Shown one piece after another: positions 25,086-28,719 of a DNA stretch of 28,719 nt (positions are counted from its first letter, which is position 1; each line of letters starts with the position of its first letter). Under the pieces are notes generated by a model. That model worked only from the letters and a program-made list of their open reading frames with translations. It was not told the origin of the DNA and ran no database searches. The DNA is from Chitinivibrionales bacterium (GTDB lineage Bacteria > Fibrobacterota > Chitinivibrionia > Chitinivibrionales > WJKA01). The stretch spans positions 1 to 28,719 of the forward strand of contig JBBRUX010000049.1 of the NCBI GenBank assembly GCA_038247415.1. Reading direction: 5' to 3'. A program made the position numbers and the translations under genes.

Positions 25086-26080
25086 TGATGAGTGAGAAAA
25101 AGCTTTGCAAGACCGAAATAAAAGAGCAACGTGCATAAATCGGTTATAGCGAGGGTAAGTGGGCCTGCGGCAATTTTTGGGTCGAGTTTCATTGCATGAA
25201 TGAGTGTAGGAATTGCAAGACCCAAGCTACAGGCAATGAGAAGTGACAATATAATACTGCTGCTAATAACCATTGCTGCCGAAAAGTCATGTTTCCATAA
25301 AATTACGAGAGTAAAGACAATGAGTGCGCATGCTATTCCAAGCAGGAGTGATGTTACAAACTCTTTGGTTAAGGCAGAAAAAAACCATTTGAGCTCAGGT
25401 GGTTTTTTAGAGAGTGATTTTATGGTAATGGTTAACGATTGAATGGAGACCGATTCCCCTAAGCCAAGCATAAGAGTTAAGAAGAATGTAATCACCAGGT
25501 TTTCTGCAAGTGTTGTTTCGAATGCCCCTGCAAGAATGGCGCACAGGCTACCAGTAAGGATGGTGGGTAAAAGCCAGGGAAACCGATAACGAAAAGCCAT
25601 AAAAGCAGACTTGTCGTTAACCGATGCTACTCTAAAGCCTATTGTTTCAAATACCTCATCTACTTCCCTGCGTCGTGTTATATCAACCATTTCAGTAGCA
25701 AAAAGCGTTAAGTCGATTACTCCAAGCATGATGTTATTTGTGTCTACTACGGGAAATGCGAGATACTTGTGATCGACAAAAAATTGGCTTGCTTCAAGCA
25801 ATGTTGCGCTTGAAGGAATGGTGATCACATTTCTTATCATGATATCGATTAAAAAGCGATCGGGAGGATTACTCAGCAGGCTTCGAATTGGCACAACACC
25901 AATAAGAATGCCTCTTTCGTCAAGAACATAGAAGTACACGATTTTATCCGAAATGGGGGTCATGTGGATTTGGCTGAGTGCTTCGCCAACCGTAAGCGAT
26001 GAGAGCAGTTTCGGAAAGTCGTTCTTGAGGTGGTTAAGTACCGACTCGGAAGGTATTTGGGATAATTTCGGCATTAACAT
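25082..26080 (-). CDS. mgtE: MgtE-family magnesium transporter (CBS pair plus TM domain, no N-terminal cytosolic domain)
   Basis: CBS pair (YFYVLDE, FPVVD), RFPWL, DPKIAAGPLTLAITD. The true start may be the ATG at 26074, after AAGGTG. Confidence 0.82.
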   Translation of the reverse strand: MLMPKLSQIPSESVLNHLKNDFPKLLSSLTVGEALSQIHMTPISDKIVYFYVLDERGILIGVVPIRSLLSNPPDRFLIDIMIRNVITIPSSATLLEASQFFVDHKYLAFPVVDTNNIMLGVIDLTLFATEMVDITRRREVDEVFETIGFRVASVNDKSAFMAFRYRFPWLLPTILTGSLCAILAGAFETTLAENLVITFFLTLMLGLGESVSIQSLTITIKSLSKKPPELKWFFSALTKEFVTSLLLGIACALIVFTLVILWKHDFSAAMVISSSIILSLLIACSLGLAIPTLIHAMKLDPKIAAGPLTLAITDLCTLLFYFGLAKLFLTHH

Positions 26081-26159
26081 TCACCTTGGTGCGAGTTAAT
26101 CAAAGATGTTAAAATAGGTGATAGAGAATACTTCTTCAAACAAGAGTTTTGCGTGGAGT

Positions 26160-26891
26160 TTAGGTATTCGGATTTTTGTTTTTATTTTTAACAAGTGCGA
26201 GTGCTTCGGCTTCATCTGCGCAGCGAGTAACGGTAGCCGCCAAAGAAAGTACATCAAACATGTCTCTAACCACCTCTGTTAAACCATAGGCAATGCTATG
26301 GCCACCAAGCATTGATATATGTTCAATAACTCCAAGCAGCATATTCATACCATGGCTATCAATAAGGTCTAACCCTGTCATGTCGAATATGTACCATGGC
26401 GAAGTTTCAAGATCTTTTATATGCAAGATAGATGCAAGCGAATTGGGAAGGGCCATGCTTCCGCAGAGATTAATCCGACAAATACCACTTTCTAAAATAT
26501 GCGTACACAAGAAGATGGTTTGTGCTTCGGATGATCGCGTGGCCCAAAGATCGGTTTGGGATATTTCGAATTCAACATCGGTTGCAAACATTGGCAATAT
26601 CGCTTCCAAGTGCATATCTGTAAGCATATCCCTGCATTTTTTATTAATATTGACAAGAGAAATTGTCCCATTTAAGGCAAGGGTGCTTTTTCGCAGACGT
26701 ATTAAAAAGCCGATGCCAGAACTGTATAAATAGGGCGAAAGAGCAAAGTCAACGACAAAGTGTGTGTGTGGAGGAGGATTCGATGAGTTGACTGAAGCGA
26801 TGATTTCCTCACACGCAGCTGCATCGAGCAGAGGTGGCACGGTAATGTATTTATATTCAGATTTGTTTTCTAAAAAGGAAGACCCGTTCAT
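26160..26891 (-). CDS. Tandem STAS-domain protein (anti-sigma-factor antagonist-like)
   Basis: Two STAS-like units: VVDFALSPYLYSSGIGFLI and IFDMTGLDLIDSHGMNML...VRDMFDVLSL...EAEAL. Confidence 0.78.
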   Translation of the reverse strand: MNGSSFLENKSEYKYITVPPLLDAAACEEIIASVNSSNPPPHTHFVVDFALSPYLYSSGIGFLIRLRKSTLALNGTISLVNINKKCRDMLTDMHLEAILPMFATDVEFEISQTDLWATRSSEAQTIFLCTHILESGICRINLCGSMALPNSLASILHIKDLETSPWYIFDMTGLDLIDSHGMNMLLGVIEHISMLGGHSIAYGLTEVVRDMFDVLSLAATVTRCADEAEALALVKNKNKNPNT

Positions 26892-26894
26892 ACC

Positions 26895-28511
26895 TTATTC
26901 CCCGGTGTTGATATCACCTTTGATCATACGAAAAACTGTATTGCTCATTTGGGTTTTAATGATTCTTGTTATACCATAAAGGTCAATAATGACCCCAGGA
27001 TAAATATCGCCCGAAATCTTGATGAATCCTTCGAAGGTGGTTCTGCTCGCAATTGCATTTTTGAGTTCTTCGATTTTTTGATCTACATATTTAAGCTTCA
27101 TGGTTAAATCGTTATAAGCATCAATCCATTTTTTCATTTCGAGTTTTTGACGATCGGTAACCAAATCGCCAGCTTTTTTGAAAATAGCCGCTTTGGCTTG
27201 AACCTGCTTTTTGATCGGTTCGAGCTTATCGACAATTTGCGTTCGCAAATTGCGTAATTCTAAGGATTTCGCTTCGAGCAATTCTTTTTGTTTGTCAACA
27301 AGCGAGAGACGTGTTTCCAGACCACTTGCATTTCCAGCATGCATGAGCTCGATACTGGTATAGGCTTTCACATGACCACCTGCAACTTCTGCGGCGCGAT
27401 TGGTTGTTTTAAAAGTATCGCAGCAACACAAGCAATGCATGCAGTATTTGTCAACAGTTATCACGCCTTCACTCGTGATAGATGAGCCTTGCGCAAAAAA
27501 GAGACTCACCGAGGTTTTTGCATAAATGTGCGTGTCATCTTTTCCCAGTAGGCCCGATCCAATAGTTACACTACTGTTTCGAGAACGAACAATGGCAGAT
27601 TCTACTTCCCCGCGAATGAGAATAGATCCATCACTTTCAACAGTAAACCCAGGTTTGACAGAGCCTGCAATTTCTAATTCTCCAGAATACTTTATGTTAC
27701 CAACCGAAAAGTCAACATCGTTGGGGATTTTAAGGTGCTCTGACACATTAATCTGATGCCCCTCGGTTTTAAGCACGCCTGCCTTACTTGCAAAGAGCGT
27801 TTTCCCGTCTGGGCTTGTGTGGGTGTTTTGGCCTGCTGGAAGCAATACGTCTTTTCCAGGCTGCGCTGGAATTTCAGCGCCATTCACATCGACACCGCTT
27901 TTCCCAAGTGTTGGCTGAGCTTTTTCGGCAATAACTTGATTTTCGGCAACCAGGATAAATGTCTTGATTTCGTGAAAGTCAACAGTACCATCAGGTCTGA
28001 TCTTAGGCTTTAGATCAACTGCAAGATCGATTTTAAATTCTATTTTGGCATCTTCGCCATTTACAGGTGCAGTAGCTAAGGCAACAACAACAGTATTGTC
28101 ATATACCATATTCGCTACGAGCGCATCTATAGCCCCGGTATCATAGCCGCATTTGACACCTTTACGTTTGAGGCAATACAGGAAAGAGTGCTGGGTAAAA
28201 ACCTTTTTATCAGTTACTGTCAAGGAGCTTATTGTGGCTGTTGCTTTTTGATCAGCAATGCTGACTTCAACATAACGGTCTAAAGCAGTGTCGTAATATT
28301 CAAAGGGAGCGCCTAGTTTTTCGGGTGCGCCGCGACCCCTGTTATATACATCGGCAATGTGATCTGCTTCGTAATTAAGTACAAGGGCTTTATCGAGAAT
28401 CGTAAAGATTGTAGGAAGGCTTGCATGGGACTTGGATTCTTTGGTAATCGTCGCATACACGCCGTCGGGCCGTTCTTCGATAGGAAATAAGTGGGCTAAT
28501 GGATTAGGCAT
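26895..28511 (-). CDS. FapA / DUF342 family protein
   Basis: PVNGEDA, DGTVDFHE, GKSGVDVNG..IPA.PGKD, DVDFSVGNIKYSG, GSVKPGFTV, GG..KAY, a coiled coil, and IYPGV near the C-terminus. Confidence 0.85.
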   Translation of the reverse strand: MPNPLAHLFPIEERPDGVYATITKESKSHASLPTIFTILDKALVLNYEADHIADVYNRGRGAPEKLGAPFEYYDTALDRYVEVSIADQKATATISSLTVTDKKVFTQHSFLYCLKRKGVKCGYDTGAIDALVANMVYDNTVVVALATAPVNGEDAKIEFKIDLAVDLKPKIRPDGTVDFHEIKTFILVAENQVIAEKAQPTLGKSGVDVNGAEIPAQPGKDVLLPAGQNTHTSPDGKTLFASKAGVLKTEGHQINVSEHLKIPNDVDFSVGNIKYSGELEIAGSVKPGFTVESDGSILIRGEVESAIVRSRNSSVTIGSGLLGKDDTHIYAKTSVSLFFAQGSSITSEGVITVDKYCMHCLCCCDTFKTTNRAAEVAGGHVKAYTSIELMHAGNASGLETRLSLVDKQKELLEAKSLELRNLRTQIVDKLEPIKKQVQAKAAIFKKAGDLVTDRQKLEMKKWIDAYNDLTMKLKYVDQKIEELKNAIASRTTFEGFIKISGDIYPGVIIDLYGITRIIKTQMSNTVFRMIKGDINTGE

Positions 28512-28719
28512 TACGCGCCTGCAAGGTTACAGTATAAAGTTTCGTTAAGACCTAGATTTGATTCTACTATAGGAAAAAAAATGATAGGTATTTCCTTCTT
28601 CGCCGTTCGCACAGTTTTCGCTCACCGTCTTCTGCTAATCGAAGCCCACGATGCACTCTGACCGCGACGTATCCGCCTTGTCTGGTTTCAGCAGCGTCAC
28701 CGCTACCCCTAAAATATCA

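Noticed and set aside
28590..28719. GC-richer terminal stretch with a minus-strand hairpin GGTAGCG-GTGA-CGCTGCT; considered as a riboswitch or ncRNA upstream of the FapA gene
   Set aside because: It matches no RNA family I recognise. It is equally explained as the 3' end of a gene entering from the right (DILGVAVTLL...VGFD, stop at 28635-28637), and it is cut by the window edge.
1..28719. CRISPR arrays, tRNA/rRNA genes, transposases, integrases, defence systems
   Set aside because: No regularly spaced repeats, cloverleaf-like sequences or relevant protein motifs were seen; intergenic gaps are all under about 250 bp.

Overview
Gene-dense chromosomal segment from a diderm bacterium. An FCB-group origin, possibly Fibrobacterota-like, is inferred from a T9SS-like C-terminal domain, a group II GGGP synthase and Fkp; it is not proven. 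Left end (1-3.7 kb, visibly more GC-rich than the rest): a secreted GH78 alpha-L-rhamnosidase-like gene and a RhaR/RhaS-like AraC regulator, next to a TonB-dependent receptor gene broken by a frameshift and an internal deletion. A minus-strand housekeeping block follows: HU, CBS/DRTGG family II pyrophosphatase, MgtC/DUF4010 membrane protein, GGGP-synthase-family prenyltransferase, alaS, recA. A plus-strand run then carries mscL, an unannotated 57-codon ORF that resembles a collapsed outer-membrane-protein gene, glutaminyl cyclase, a TPR-GT2 fusion coupled to an AsnB-type amidotransferase, an MlaF-type ABC ATPase fused to a degenerate GGDEF domain, pyrF, an MFS transporter and fkp. The right end holds minus-strand MgtE-like, tandem-STAS and FapA/DUF342 genes. 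I recognised no tRNA, rRNA, CRISPR array or transposase. Best novelty candidates: the MlaF-GGDEF fusion with a retained RxxD I-site (possible c-di-GMP control of lipid transport), and the GGGP synthase translationally coupled between alaS and a membrane protein. All calls come from reading motifs by eye; no searches were run.
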